A DNA stretch of 63,191 nucleotides, the filler included, from Asterionella formosa (Eukaryota): the NCBI GenBank assembly GCA_002256025.1. It is 10 parts of 10 records of this genome, joined end to end, with 100 filler letters (N's around TTAATTAATTAA, not from the genome) between each part and the next. Parts side by side here need not be neighbours in the genome. Positions count along the whole stretch, not along the records: positions 1,229 to 19,368 come from NKIB01004154.1; positions 19,469 to 37,605 come from NKIB01004155.1; 8 more parts are not named here. One strand, written 5' to 3'. This document shows, piece after piece, positions 12,026-24,148 of this stretch. A program made the position numbers and the translations under genes. The notes under the pieces were generated by a model. That model worked only from the letters and a program-made list of their open reading frames with translations. It had not been told where the DNA came from and did not search any database. Numbering within the stretch: the stretch's first letter is position 1; the number at the start of each line of letters is the position of its first letter.

Positions 12026-15000
12026 ATGGTTTCTATTATGGCTCAGTATTATGGTAATGATGATACTATGTATCTGCATTACCATATCACGACGAACTTC
12101 AGTGGTGTTACTTTCACTGCTGACCAGTTTAAGAGTACTTGCGACAGTATGGACAAGTTACTTCCGATTGGTATGTTCAAGGATGTCCAGAGAGATCCTG
12201 AATTGTCCATGAAGAAACTCTATCTTCGATTGATCAACGAATATGAGAATGAGTCCTTTCTCCTCAACGCTTTGGTTGGTCCCCTTCAGTCCTGAGTCTA
12301 TGAGTCTGATCCGCGAGGGATACTGGACTCATGTGGATTATCCACTGCTCTATTTTCTTGCTTTTTTCACTCATGTAAGCAAAAGTCTCGAGGCTTTAGG
12401 AAGATTGTGCCTTGGTCGCATGAAGCAATGTACGTGACCCTAATGTTGATGATAGGCAGTACAAGTGGAAAGTTAGGATCACCTAAATTCCCCTTGACAC
12501 CTTCAACACCTCTAAAGTCTCTTTGGAGATCAATGAGATTATGACTTTCTTGTCCAAATCTTTTGGTAATGATTGGAATTCCATCGTTACCAACCAAGCT
12601 TTATACGCAAATCAGCTCCTTCCAGAAGAAACTTCATGGCCACTTCGTCATTACCATTGAAGAGAGGGAGAACTTGAAGAAGAAGTTCAAGCCCATAGCT
12701 ACTATGGTTGTTGTGGAGCAAAAAGAGTTCCCGACTCCTATTGCTTGTATTCACTATCTGGTGAAAAGTAATCATATCTCAACCCATGATTTGCATAAGT
12801 ACAAAGAACATGGCATGGGTCAATTGCTGATCCAAGCTGATACTCGTCTTCGTATTGATGAGGAGGCATGGAACTGTGCATACCCAGGATGTCCTTGCCA
12901 ACATCAACCAGTTTTTGCACAGGTGCTGGGCAGCAATGCGGTTGAGTGGTATAGATCCTTGGGATTCATACACTGGAATCCTATTCCTTCTTGGATGGAC
13001 AGGATCAATCATCCTCTTGAAAACCTTCTTCATGATGAGAGGAACAAGAACAATGGCAAAGTTGATTCATACAATTATGGTCTTGATTTGCCAGAACCAG
13101 CAAATTTCGAGACCTTTCCTATCGTGTGTTTGCGAACAAATTTAGCTGGGAGCCTTCTTTCAGCCACTCATTCTTATGATCTTCTTGATCATCAATTGGA
13201 AGAGCAAGCCTATGTGTACTCGATGTTTCTTCCAATTAGGGTTTCATCTGCAAGCAACCAAAAGGTATGTTCGTTTACTATATATGCTGTATTCATATTC
13301 ATTTATTCATTCACACATTTCTTTTTATGCCTTCATTGCCTGACAGAGGTGATGAATGCAAAGGCAGCTATCAGGTGAGAGTATGCCCGCTTGGAAGCTC
13401 CTGCTTATGTGCTCGGAAAGCGTGCGAAGAGTGGCACTATACAGAATGGTGATTCTATAGCTACAGCAGGATCAACACAATCCCGAGTGTTACAGAAGGG
13501 TGTTACAAAGAAAGCTGCAAAGACGAGGCAGGGTGAAGGCTCCTCCAAGAACTGTTGCTGAGAATGCTCTTGCACTCAAGCCTTCTGCCAAGGCTACTCC
13601 CAAGCATGATGCTACCAAAGCAGTCACATCCAAGGCAGGTGCTTACAATGATCCGAAGTCAACAGCCAGGAGCCGAGATTTTGCATCAATGCCTGTAACT
13701 AATCCTTATGAAGAATCTGAATCAGACTGCAAACCAGCCGCGATTCTCAGCAAAAAAGAATCGAAACCAGACTCTAAACCAGCTGCCGTAAACAGGAAAA
13801 AGTATCCAAACCGGATTCCAAATCAGCTGCCACTTCCAGCAAAATGGTCTCCAAACTGGAGTCCAAACAAGTTGCTGTGTCAATAATCAAGAAACGGTCG
13901 AAAGCGTCCTGGTCCCCTTCTAGTTCTTCTACTTTCAAGAAATCACGAATTTCTTCCAAGGAAAATGATGTGATTAGTCTAACAGATGATGATAGTAGTG
14001 AGGCAAAGGCAAGTGACTCAAAGAATGACCTCCTCCTTTGTGTCACTCCTGATCTGCCTTCTGTTTTCAATTTCGACAAAAGTAACCAGAATGTGATCAA
14101 GCTGGAACTCATCCTGTCCCACCATGGGATAAGGTCGAATCAATTTGACCTAGCAGCCAGGAACTCTTGGTTCTTCACGCCAAGCAATCACCACTCAAAG
14201 GTTCAGCTCTCAAGGCAGTTTCAAGGGTGTCACTAACACAGCAAATATTTCAAGCTTGCTCTATCAGGCTGATGCAGTCTACCGCCGATGTCGTCAGGAG
14301 TGCTTGCAGTATGCGGAACAAGTGTCGTTGTCCCCATTGCCAATTGAAAATTTGACGAAAAATAATAGCAAGACGCCTCTCACTGGGAACAAGGGTGTGG
14401 AAGAGAGTGCAAAGTGGATGCACAGTTTTCAAGACCCTACTTTTGGCTGTTCCAACAGGGTTGACTCCAAGAGTAATGTTGATGTTCCGGTCCTACCTTC
14501 ACCACCTTTGACCAACATTAACAATGAGGGCGTAAAAACATCGAGCAAGAACCCTTGATTTCCAAGAAAAAGAACATTGTAAAGGCCAAAGAGTCTGTGG
14601 TCCCAACTCCACCAGCTTTGCTTAACAATGTTCCTAGTCCAGTCAAAAATCCTGTCCACTTGATATTTGACTGGTGCGCTAAGAATTATGATTCAAATAC
14701 TCATGATTCAGTCCTTGAATCAGCACTTCAATCAGAGAAAAATGGGCGCAAGGAAAACAGTAGCAATGCCACTGTGGTCCCTGTTCATCGGCCACCTCCA
14801 GTCTTAGACCCTGCCCTCAAACCTGTGCCCTTAACAAAGCACATCACCAAGGCTAATCGACAAGGCAAAGACGAAGAAGATATTCCCATCGCCTCAGAGG
14901 ATGGTCCTTCTTTGAATTTTCTCAAGTCTTTTGAAAAATCGAATATGAAGTTGCCTGGGGTCAACAACAAGGATCATAAGCAGGTCAAGAAGGGTCCACA

Positions 15001-15799
15001 TCTTACCCTCCAGCGAGATAGGAACCCAGATGAAACTTTAGGTGAAACCTGGTCTATCATCAAGCTCCAACATTCTATGATCTCCCTCCAGCAGGATCAT
15101 ATCAAACCTGGTCTCAAACCTGTGCCTCAAACAAAGCATACTACCAGGGTGATTCCGCAAGGGAAAGACGAAGAAGATAGTTCCATTGTCTCAGAGGATG
15201 TTCCTTCTTTGGAATTTCTCAAGACTATTCAGAAATTGAATGTGAAGGTCGTGTCTGCAGTCGACAACAAGGATAATGACGAGGTCACAAAGGGTCGACT
15301 TCTTATTCTCCAGAAGGATCATGTCAAACCGGTACCAAAACCTGTGCCTACAACAAAGCACACCAACAAGCTGAATACACAAAGCCAAGACGAAGATAGT
15401 TCCAATGTCTCCGAGGATGGTCCTTCTTTGGAATTTCTCAAATCTGTTGAGAAATCTGTCAAACGAATCCAACCTACTGTCCCACCTTTCTTTGCAAAGA
15501 ATGAAGTTAATGTTGCTCAAAAAGAAAAAGGTAATACGATGCCCAAAAAAGGCCTTCAAAAATATTCTATTCTCTCTGAGAATGTTTCCATCCCAGGAAA
15601 AGTTCTCTTCCATATCCCTGTTGATGGCGAGAATCTTTTACGTTCTCAATCTACAACCCCATCCTCCTCTGAAACCTCGTCTTCTTCTGTGTCCTCAACT
15701 AGTAAAAAATTGATTCCGACTATGAATCTGCATTGTGAGTATTTGAGTGAATGTATAGCATCTCCTACTACTACCTTACTAGTCAATCAAGGAGATTAA
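12026..15799 (+). pseudogene. Decayed large gene: GNAT-acetyltransferase-like region, Cys-rich segments and Lys/Ser-rich tail with three ~40-aa repeats
   Basis: ORFs 12026 and 12563 share a frame separated by two stops. KEHGMGQLLI and SNAVEWYRSLGF resemble GNAT motifs A and B. There is an intron-like stretch 13265-~13346 and Cys clusters at ~13355-13440 and ~14255-14345. Repeats KPVP.TKH....Q.KDEED....SEDGPSL.FLKS lie at ~14820, 15105 and 15340. Several frameshifts. Confidence 0.5.
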
Positions 15800-15969
15800 C
15801 GACTTCTTTGAAAATTTATAATTGTATGTTACTTCCCCTGTTTGTTGGTTTTTTAGCAACATTAGCTAATCGTTTCCACATCTTTATCTACCAGTTTTTT
15901 TCTAATCATTTCTTTCATCAGTTGCTTTATGCCATCTTGTCATCCAGCAAATCAAAAATGGAATAGGGA

Positions 15970-17221
15970 TGCCCAGGCAGACTGCGGCTTGATTTGAATC
16001 ACCTTATCTGGACTGGCTCCTAAATTAGGAACAACAACAGCAGGAGAATGAATGCAATCAATGGGAACAAGCAAAAGTCGGTCCTTTGTTTCCATGTCGA
16101 TCCAATGGTGAGATCAGCCCATAACAGCAACCTTGAGTAGTTGTGCAAAGGTTCTGAGACATATTAACAGGAGTGAATAATTGCAAAGATACCGGGGCTT
16201 TGATTTCTCAAGGATGATGGCAATCTTGAATCAGTGAAATTGATCGAAGACGGACCCAATCCCAATTCAATAAAACCATAGATCTGGCCAAACATAATTG
16301 ACTTAACTTCTGTTTCTCCATCTAACCAAGCAAACTCAGCCCAATCATACCAGGAACGACCTCCACGGTAGCTTGGATGGGCATGGAATATTACGTTGTC
16401 ACTATGTGTGTGGTCGCACATCACTTCAATTTCCATTGAAAAATGAAAGGAAGGAGATGGGCGCCTAGAACTTGCACCAAATCTTGGTCGACCCCAGTTT
16501 TGCAAATGCTACTTAATGATGATGAAACCCTGGCAATCCCAAATTCACCGTATCCATCATCTTCTTCAATCAGAAGAGAATATCGAGTACCTCCTGTTTT
16601 GGATTTCACAATTCCAATGTCAACTTGGACAGCTTCCAACTTGTATTGTCAATCTCCAATATCTTCGCCAAGAAACTGACTACAAGAGGTTCCGATCACC
16701 GTGTTCTCCACCATTCTTGCCCCACTTTGAATATCCATCACATCTTTGAGTTTTCGGGAAGTCCTGCCCGGCTGATAATTTACACAAGAATTTAAGACTA
16801 TTTTCCATTGGGCCTCCATTAAAAAGCTGTGGACTTCCAAAACAATCAATGTTTCTTACAGAATGCACTATCTATTGATGAAACTTTGCAAGCTTCCATA
16901 CCTGAGAGGTTGTTGTTCTCGGGCATTCTTTTACCAGCTTGTTGGTAAAATAGTTGACAACGCTTTGATGTTCCTGTGGTAAATTTCCCACATCATAGCT
17001 CTCTTTACTAAACCAGGCATTGTAGCAGATTATCCCTTCGAATAGACATTAAAAGTTTCGAATTTCTTGATTGGTCATACCCCTTTCTTCTCGGCAGATT
17101 TTGAGTCCAGAATCACATGCCATGACAACACAGACAATAAGCATCACTCCGATTCTTTTGTTAGCAGTTATTTTCGTTTTGCAACCATGGAAGCAGAAAT
17201 TGAAGGAACAATGAGGAACAT
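15970..17221 (-). mobile_element. Plavaka/CACTA-like DNA transposase, C-terminal half, degenerate
   Basis: Broken reading ...WKLAKFHQ*IVHSVRNIDCFGSPQLFNGGPMENSLKFLCK... and FHAHPSYRGGRSWYDWAEFAW...FGQIYGFIEL. This fits the KFH..H....I..FG..N....E...K and HP.YRG...WYDW motifs I associate with Plavaka/EnSpm-related transposases. It is cut off 5' by the repeat starting at ~17222. Confidence 0.6.
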
Positions 17222-17427
17222 CTAAGCCGCGAAATATGCCACTTTTCGAAATTTCGTCTACATACGAGTGTTAATTATGTGGTACTTCACATGCATTTAT
17301 GCCACTTTTTACGTAAAAAAGATTACTTTTAACGGTTTCATGTGAGGATTTCACAGAAAACTTTGAACTCAAACTAAATTAGTTGATGTTTCAAATAATT
17401 CATTCCAAAGTTCAACTAAGTCCTGCT
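17218..17427 (+). repeat. Dispersed repeat (probable transposon end); close copy at 62953-63191
   Basis: Long shared blocks, e.g. CCACTTTTCGAAATTTCGTCTACATA, GAGTGTTAATTATGTGGTACTTCACATGCATT and AATTAGTTGATGTTTCAAATAATTCATT. Confidence 0.92.
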
Positions 17428-18295
17428 CTTGAGGCTAATTCATTTACGACATGCATCTTCCTTTGTGAAAAAGTAAGGATATATGTGGTATCTTAATTCA
17501 TGCTACAGTGTTGTCTTAATTCAGCTACAGTTTATGGTTGTGCTCTTCACATAAATAATATTTACTATCATACTGAACAAGATTAGTTGTTGTGGGTTCA
17601 TATGATGGTTCACAATTGTACGGTTATTTCCAAAGCAAGAATTGTTGATGTTAGCTAAACTAAATATTTTGAAAATTCAAGATACATTTTTAGAGGATAA
17701 ATCATTGCGAAAGATAACTTCAGCCACTACTACGTAATTGTTTGATTGCAATCTGCCCTTATTTGATTGAGAAAAACGGAACGAAATGAATCTCGAGAAA
17801 TATCGCGACATGATTTGTGATGTAAGCAACAACCGACCCTAATGAGCACAAAACAGGTACAGACCGAATCATTAAATATTGAATTTGAAATGCTAAACTA
17901 AAAATCTATTCGAATTAGTGTGTTTTATCGACTGCAAATCTTCGGAGTGCTATTGGGCATGAATTGATGGAGAAAATCGAAGCGATGTGGTTGTCAGCAA
18001 CTGGGTGCATGAAGCATATCAACAATCATCCTTTCCATTGATATTGTCAGCAAACAATATGAATTCTCTTATTCTTTTATATAAAATATATTTCGTGTGA
18101 ATTCTTAAGATACAAAATATATGAATAACATACCTGTATTGTGAATATGTCTGGAATGGCATCGTGATGCTGAGTGTGTTGACCTCAGCTAATGAATAGG
18201 TATGGTACCTGGTACCAGGTACCGGTATAGAAGGCCTACACAGGGCTATGATACATAAGATACTGCCAGTACCAGGTACCTGGTACCACCTGGTA

Positions 18296-19368
18296 CCACT
18301 TAAAAACTGTAAGCCACCGCTACGGCGACTTTTGAACTGTAAGCCACCGCTAAACGGAGTAAACGCACGGTTTGAACTTAGTTTACAAGATACGCTATTT
18401 ATTGTCACGAACGAGTTGTTCAGATTTATATAGCGAGTAAATACTTCCGTACTTGTATTGTTGCATTGTGTACATTGTTAATTAGGTATTATCGCCCAAA
18501 GGTTGCTGTCGACGTGAAATTGCGAAAATTGGATATTTTCACGTTTACTCGATTGAGCAAGCATCACCTTTTATATACGTATGCAGGTATGAGAATATTC
18601 CTCCTCTAGAAAACTAATTTAGTATCCTCTAAAATTTATTTAATATGACTACGACGGCATTGCGCTTTCGCTCGTGCGCCATAATAAAGAGATAATTTCA
18701 TTAATGGAAAACGTCAAATAGGAATTCCTGGTGCGCCCGAATTATGAGTACAAAAATTAAATGCAAACATACAACAATCACCCATCACCCATCACCCATC
18801 ACAACACCAACACCATGACCTCGAAAGCGCCTCGACAAGGCAATGCCTTGCCTCGAAAGAAATTGTCTCCTGAAGAGTTGGTCAGTGTTCAGTTTTGTCT
18901 TAACAATGTGATTAGGGAGCTATAAGCTAAGAAGGCTAAGAATGGTGGAAAAATGCCTTATGGTGCTATTTCTAGGACAGTATCAGCTAAGCAATGCATT
19001 TTCCCTTGGATATCTGTTAACCAAGTGAAGAATGAACTAAAACAAAGTGCTAAACTAGAAGTTAAGTCTAGTACTACTAGTATGTATACTACTTCTGGTT
19101 CGTCCCTCTTTCAGCCATCAACTGCAACCATGGTGTCTACATTGACACCTGACCATTGTGGCCCTACTAAACCCCAACTCTTGAATGCTGATGGCAGCTT
19201 TGCCTTGTTATTTCCCAGTAATCTCATTCATAATTCATATAAAATTGTCGAGGAGGAAGAAGATGACAACAATGAAGGTGTGAGTGAGCATTATGATAGT
19301 CAGTTTACAATGATGGGCACTTTGGCATATGAAACTGGAAACAATGGTGTGCTTACCTGGGGAAGTTT
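18296..19368 (+). mobile_element. Possible left end and degenerate 5' ORF of a pogo/Tc2-like DNA transposon (truncated by contig end)
   Basis: Starts TA|CC directly after a TACCAGGTACCTGGTA array. An 18-bp direct repeat AACTGTAAGCCACCGCTA lies at 18305 and 18335. The ORF from ATG 18815 has an in-frame TAA at 18923 and reads KNGGKMPYGAISRTV...PWISVNQVKN. No catalytic domain is visible. Confidence 0.35.
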
Positions 19369-19899
19369 NNNNNNNNNNNNNNNNNNNNNNNNNNNNNNNN
19401 NNNNNNNNNNNNTTAATTAATTAANNNNNNNNNNNNNNNNNNNNNNNNNNNNNNNNNNNNNNNNNNNNATCGTGCGTACAGTTATGGTTTAATTAAACCA
19501 AAAAATTAAACCCCCAGTTAAACCGGGTTTAATTTTTCTACTGGCAAATACTGTTGTAACACGGTGCTTCCACTAGTATTTTCAGATCAATACCGTGCCA
19601 GTATTAAAATGACCCAGTAGACACATACCAGAGGCCTACGGGAAAATACAACTTGGGTTTAATTTTACCAATTACGGCGGAGTATCAAGGAAGAGTCACA
19701 GGAAGGGCGATGATAAAAATAACGACAAAATTCTGTCTTTCAGCATCCGGTATGTACTGTTCCGTCCTGTTCCTCCCTCACCTTCCATTGTTTGCGTCTC
19801 ACATCACTATGGTTTAACTACCTGCCTTTTAGAAATCCTCATCAGGCTGGCTAACAGTATATTTGTAAACCGTTATATTGCGAGCGAAGGAAGAACGAC

Positions 19900-20268
19900 A
19901 TGAACGGCTACGACCACGAAGAACAACAACCAGAAGAAAATTTGCAAGAAATATCCCATCGATTTCAATTGTACCAAATCAGTACATCATTGAATCAAGA
20001 GGAAAAGAAGGACCATGAATCGATACTGGTCGTCGTGGATGGAAAATTCCAGGACGGATCGTCGACAATAGACGATCCACCCATGGCAGTGTTGCCAACG
20101 GCTTCTTGTACTGTGGTAAAGGCTGGAGAATGGTGTGATTTGGAATCTAACTTGGAAGCTATGAAACTTACGGAGGTGCCGGAGGATGCAATGGATGATG
20201 ATGACATGACATGTGTTGTGGACAATCGATTTCGACCAGACGGGAATAATGGTTACTGCTCCATCTAG
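19900..20268 (+). CDS. Hypothetical acidic protein, 122 aa (possibly degenerate or partial)
   Basis: ORF with protein-like acidic composition and no recognised motif. An intron-like GTATGT..TTTAG lies upstream (19750-19832). Confidence 0.3.
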   Translation: MNGYDHEEQQPEENLQEISHRFQLYQISTSLNQEEKKDHESILVVVDGKFQDGSSTIDDPPMAVLPTASCTVVKAGEWCDLESNLEAMKLTEVPEDAMDDDDMTCVVDNRFRPDGNNGYCSI

Positions 20269-22642
20269 AGGGCAGCAGTATCATAATTGTGGATGAGGAT
20301 AGATCAAGTCATTGTTGGAACTGTGGATGATTTGGAATTGCTTTGGAGCCAATTGAGAGCAACGATAGACTCTCTAGGATTCCCTTAATTTTATTTTCAT
20401 TCGTGGATGAGAAAGATAAAACTTGATTCAACAACTTGAATTCCTTGGCTGAGACTGGAAATAGCTCTATGAAAAATTAAAATAGAATGCGAATTACAAA
20501 ATTCAACACCACTACTCACTACTCATGACCAATGAAGAACCCTCCTCACTACTGGGTGACGATTCAGGTACTTGGAGATGCATAGGCAGGCTGCAAAGAA
20601 GAAACCAACTGATGTAGAGCACCTAAACGCTGACCTTGGATTTTTTCTCACCGAAGATCACACTACCAGCACAACTGCTCATTATGTACAGAAAAACACA
20701 AGTTGAAAAGTGTAGAGCAATTGGAAGCAAAGGTATGCTTCATACCTTGTGCTCCGAGAATCAAAATTGAAAATGTTGTTGCATGCCAGTGTTCCAACTC
20801 TTTGCATTATAACTTTGCAGTATCGAACTTCTTGACAAAAATCACTAGCATGGTGTGCTCGGCTGAAATTACTAATGCCTAAACATCAATGTGTGTATAT
20901 CACACAGAACATTTTTGTTAGATATGACATAAGTGTTTGTGATCATTCATCACACACTTACATGTATGCACCGGTATGCCCAAGACAGGATGTAGTGCCT
21001 GTTCAGATACCGGTATACTCCGAGTCAATCATAAAATCCAACCCACGAAAATTGTATTTGGCGAAGGCGAAGTCGCAGTTGCCCTTTTTCACGTAAACGG
21101 ATACCAGGTACCGTATGTACCGGTATCCAGACTGTCGCCGGCTCTGACGTCGCGTAAAAGGCAGCCTGTACCACATGAAGTGCCTCCTCTACCCCACATT
21201 CCGGCATACTACACTACAGGCACCTTGTGTACCATGTGCCAGGTACCTGGTCGCGTGGCGGGCTTGATCAATGTGATTTGCTTAGCATACTAAAATTAGG
21301 CTTGGTATTCGTCCATGCTCCCTCTGTCACGGGAGTAACCCATTTCTGTTGCAGCGACCGTCATTTCTGTGTCTGTTCTTTGCTGTCGCATCACTCCATT
21401 CCCTTTCCGTTGCACATCAGCAACCACTTCTAGGGTATCACACAGGGCACTCTAACACTACATTCATTTACTCGTGTCTCTCATCAACAACGAAAATGGC
21501 GCCAGATCCATTATGTTTTCTCTTTGCTTTTCTCCCCCTGTGCTGTTTGGGAATCGTTGGTGAATCAAGTACCATACCTTGTTGTTGCGACGAATGTTAC
21601 GATCCTTATTTTTACTTTTGTGATGATTCGTAGCCTTTATAAATATCCTTGCACGATATCTCTGGTCGCATTTTGGAGCAATGTTGAAGCCACCAAACAA
21701 GTACTTTTTTGCAAACCGTTTGGTTCCCCTTTCTTTACCCATCCAACCCCGAGGGGTTCATTGGCGGAAATGCTTCCAAACTCTTGCATCTATTGCATTC
21801 TAAATCTTTGAGTTTGAGAGCGAAAGTTATGGGGTTGTGCTGATGACTATAGTCATCATGTGGTTGGATTGGGGATGCTGGATAATGGTTTTGATCTATA
21901 TATATATATATATATCCCAAGAAATCCATTATTACCCCTGTTGACCCATGTCGTTGTGAAAAAGAACATTCGTCTTTGGATGTACCCACCACAACAGCCC
22001 AGCCCACCGATCATGTCAAACTTTTAAGATACTAAACAAAAGTATGGTATGACTACTAATAAACTCTTTTGGTGATTCGTCAAACTTATGGTTTTCTCTA
22101 CTGGTATACTTTACTTTTTATGTTTATCTTCTCCATATTGTGTAACGAATGCAACAACAGAATAAAAAGGGAACATTCTCGGCTTTAATAGATTCTTACC
22201 ATGTACTCTATGACAGTTGTTAATTGAATGCCACCTGGTACCAGGGTACGAATCCAAAATTTTCATGACAAAGGCGAATATCATAAACTCGGTCCTCCAA
22301 CGTGCAAATTTGGGAACAAGAGCCACAAGCAAGGAGATGAAGGAAATGAAGAATCTCGTCTGCTTATCAGAGTGTCGTGCGTGTGCTCCTTCCAAACAAG
22401 CGGAGAATAGACTGACGTAGCTCCCGTACCGAGAGTACCAGTTCCATCTATAGTGGTAAATGACAACAATAACAAAATATTCCGATACGGTTATATTAAA
22501 TAATGACGAGCAAGGCAGAGCGAAGCAAAATAAAAAATCCGAGATGCCAATACGACACACTAGAGTTACACACAAGTATTCCAACTGTCCTCACTGACTG
22601 TCACCTTGAACCACACAACCTGACGCTCACCATTAACATCCA

Positions 22643-24064
22643 ATGAGCAGGAGGACAACAGTGTCCGCACCTGGCAAGGTCCTCCTCGCTGGAGGCTATC
22701 TCGTTCTGGAGAGTCCCAATGTCGGACTTGTCCTGGCTGTCAACAAGCGATTCTATTGCACTGTCACATCATCAACCTCGGCAACCACGCCTCCCCCACC
22801 TTGTTGTACTATTCAAGTGGACTCGCCACAGTTTCATTCCACTTGGACCTATGAATTGGTTAGCAGCAGCAGCAGCAGCAGCAAGCAAACTGGTATTTCC
22901 CTGGTTCCATCCTCACTGAACCGTTCGTCCAATGCCTTTGTGGAAAAGTCTCTCCGTGTCGTCTGCGCCTATCTGCATGCCATCAACGGCACTGGCACTA
23001 CAATGCCATTCCCATCCATGTTGAACATTCGGATCCTTGCTGACAATGACTTTTATAGTGTTGTTCCACATTTGGAATCTAAAACTACTGCTGCTGCTAT
23101 CAGCTACAACGCAAATACTCGATTTAAGCCCTGCCCAACCAATCATGATGGAACACCTATTGTTCATAAAACTGGATTGGGGTCATCCGCTGCCTTAGTC
23201 ACGTCCTTGGTGGGAGCATTGTTGACTCACTTTAAAACAGCCATGGACAGGAATCATGCCTACAATTTGGCACAATTATGCCATTGTCATGCACAAGGAA
23301 AGGTTGGATCTGGGTTTGATGTTAGTTGTGCCATTCATGGATCACATGTGTATCAGAGATTTCCGAAATGTATATTATCGGATGTTTTAACTCAATTGGA
23401 TCATATAAGTGATGGTGATGCCACTGCTGTTAGCGAAGACACTTGCCAACTAGTCAAAACTGCAATTGACACAGTTTGGTCGGGAGGTGTGGTAGCCCCC
23501 ATGCAATTACCTCGAGGACTTGGATTGCTACTTGCGGATGTTTGTGGGGGTTCAGAATCTCCCAGTATGGCATCAAAAGTATTAAACTGGAAGATGACAG
23601 CAGTTCAGGACGACATAAGCGACAACTATTGGGAACAATTGGCAACTCTCAATTCACACATTATTGACTTATTTCATCAATTAACAAAACAAGACGATGA
23701 TTTGACTCCGTGTGCCTTGACATGTGCGAAAGATTGGCAACACCAATATACGACTCTGTTTCAACTACATGTAGCCTTGGCACAATCCCGTGTCCTGCTT
23801 CGATCCATGGGGGAAGCTGCCGGCGTTCCAATTGAACCACCCCCGCAAACGACATTGGCCAATGCCACTATGGAATTACCAGGCGTCGTTACTACTCTCG
23901 TTCCTGGTGCGGGTGGGTACGATGCGGTGGCATGTCTCTATGTGAATGGAGTACGTGACGACATTAAACAATTCTGGAAGAAATGGGACACTGTGTCGCC
24001 ATTGAACGTTGAAGCTGTGGATTTCGGTGAAGGACTTCGAGTAGAACATGACTTTGACGTATAA
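22643..24064 (+). CDS. ERG8: Phosphomevalonate kinase, ERG8-type (GHMP family)
   Basis: SAPGKVLLAGGYLVL, ADNDFYS, KTGLGSSAALVTSLV, HCHAQGKVGSGFDV, VPIEPP.QT and VPGAGGYDA. Single 473-aa ORF. Confidence 0.95.
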   Translation: MSRRTTVSAPGKVLLAGGYLVLESPNVGLVLAVNKRFYCTVTSSTSATTPPPPCCTIQVDSPQFHSTWTYELVSSSSSSSKQTGISLVPSSLNRSSNAFVEKSLRVVCAYLHAINGTGTTMPFPSMLNIRILADNDFYSVVPHLESKTTAAAISYNANTRFKPCPTNHDGTPIVHKTGLGSSAALVTSLVGALLTHFKTAMDRNHAYNLAQLCHCHAQGKVGSGFDVSCAIHGSHVYQRFPKCILSDVLTQLDHISDGDATAVSEDTCQLVKTAIDTVWSGGVVAPMQLPRGLGLLLADVCGGSESPSMASKVLNWKMTAVQDDISDNYWEQLATLNSHIIDLFHQLTKQDDDLTPCALTCAKDWQHQYTTLFQLHVALAQSRVLLRSMGEAAGVPIEPPPQTTLANATMELPGVVTTLVPGAGGYDAVACLYVNGVRDDIKQFWKKWDTVSPLNVEAVDFGEGLRVEHDFDV

Positions 24065-24148
24065 GACAAGGCATTATCATCATAAGAACATGTTATCATT
24101 AATAAGAGTCTATAAGAGTTAGTTTTTAAAAAACAACAACTGACAGGT

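Noticed and set aside
18778..18802. (CCCATCA)3 as an interstitial telomere
   Set aside because: Only three units and not TTAGGG-type. It is a simple microsatellite.
20875..22584. Cluster of short Cys-rich or hydrophobic ORFs upstream of PMK
   Set aside because: Overlapping frames, many stops and no coherent splice model or motif.
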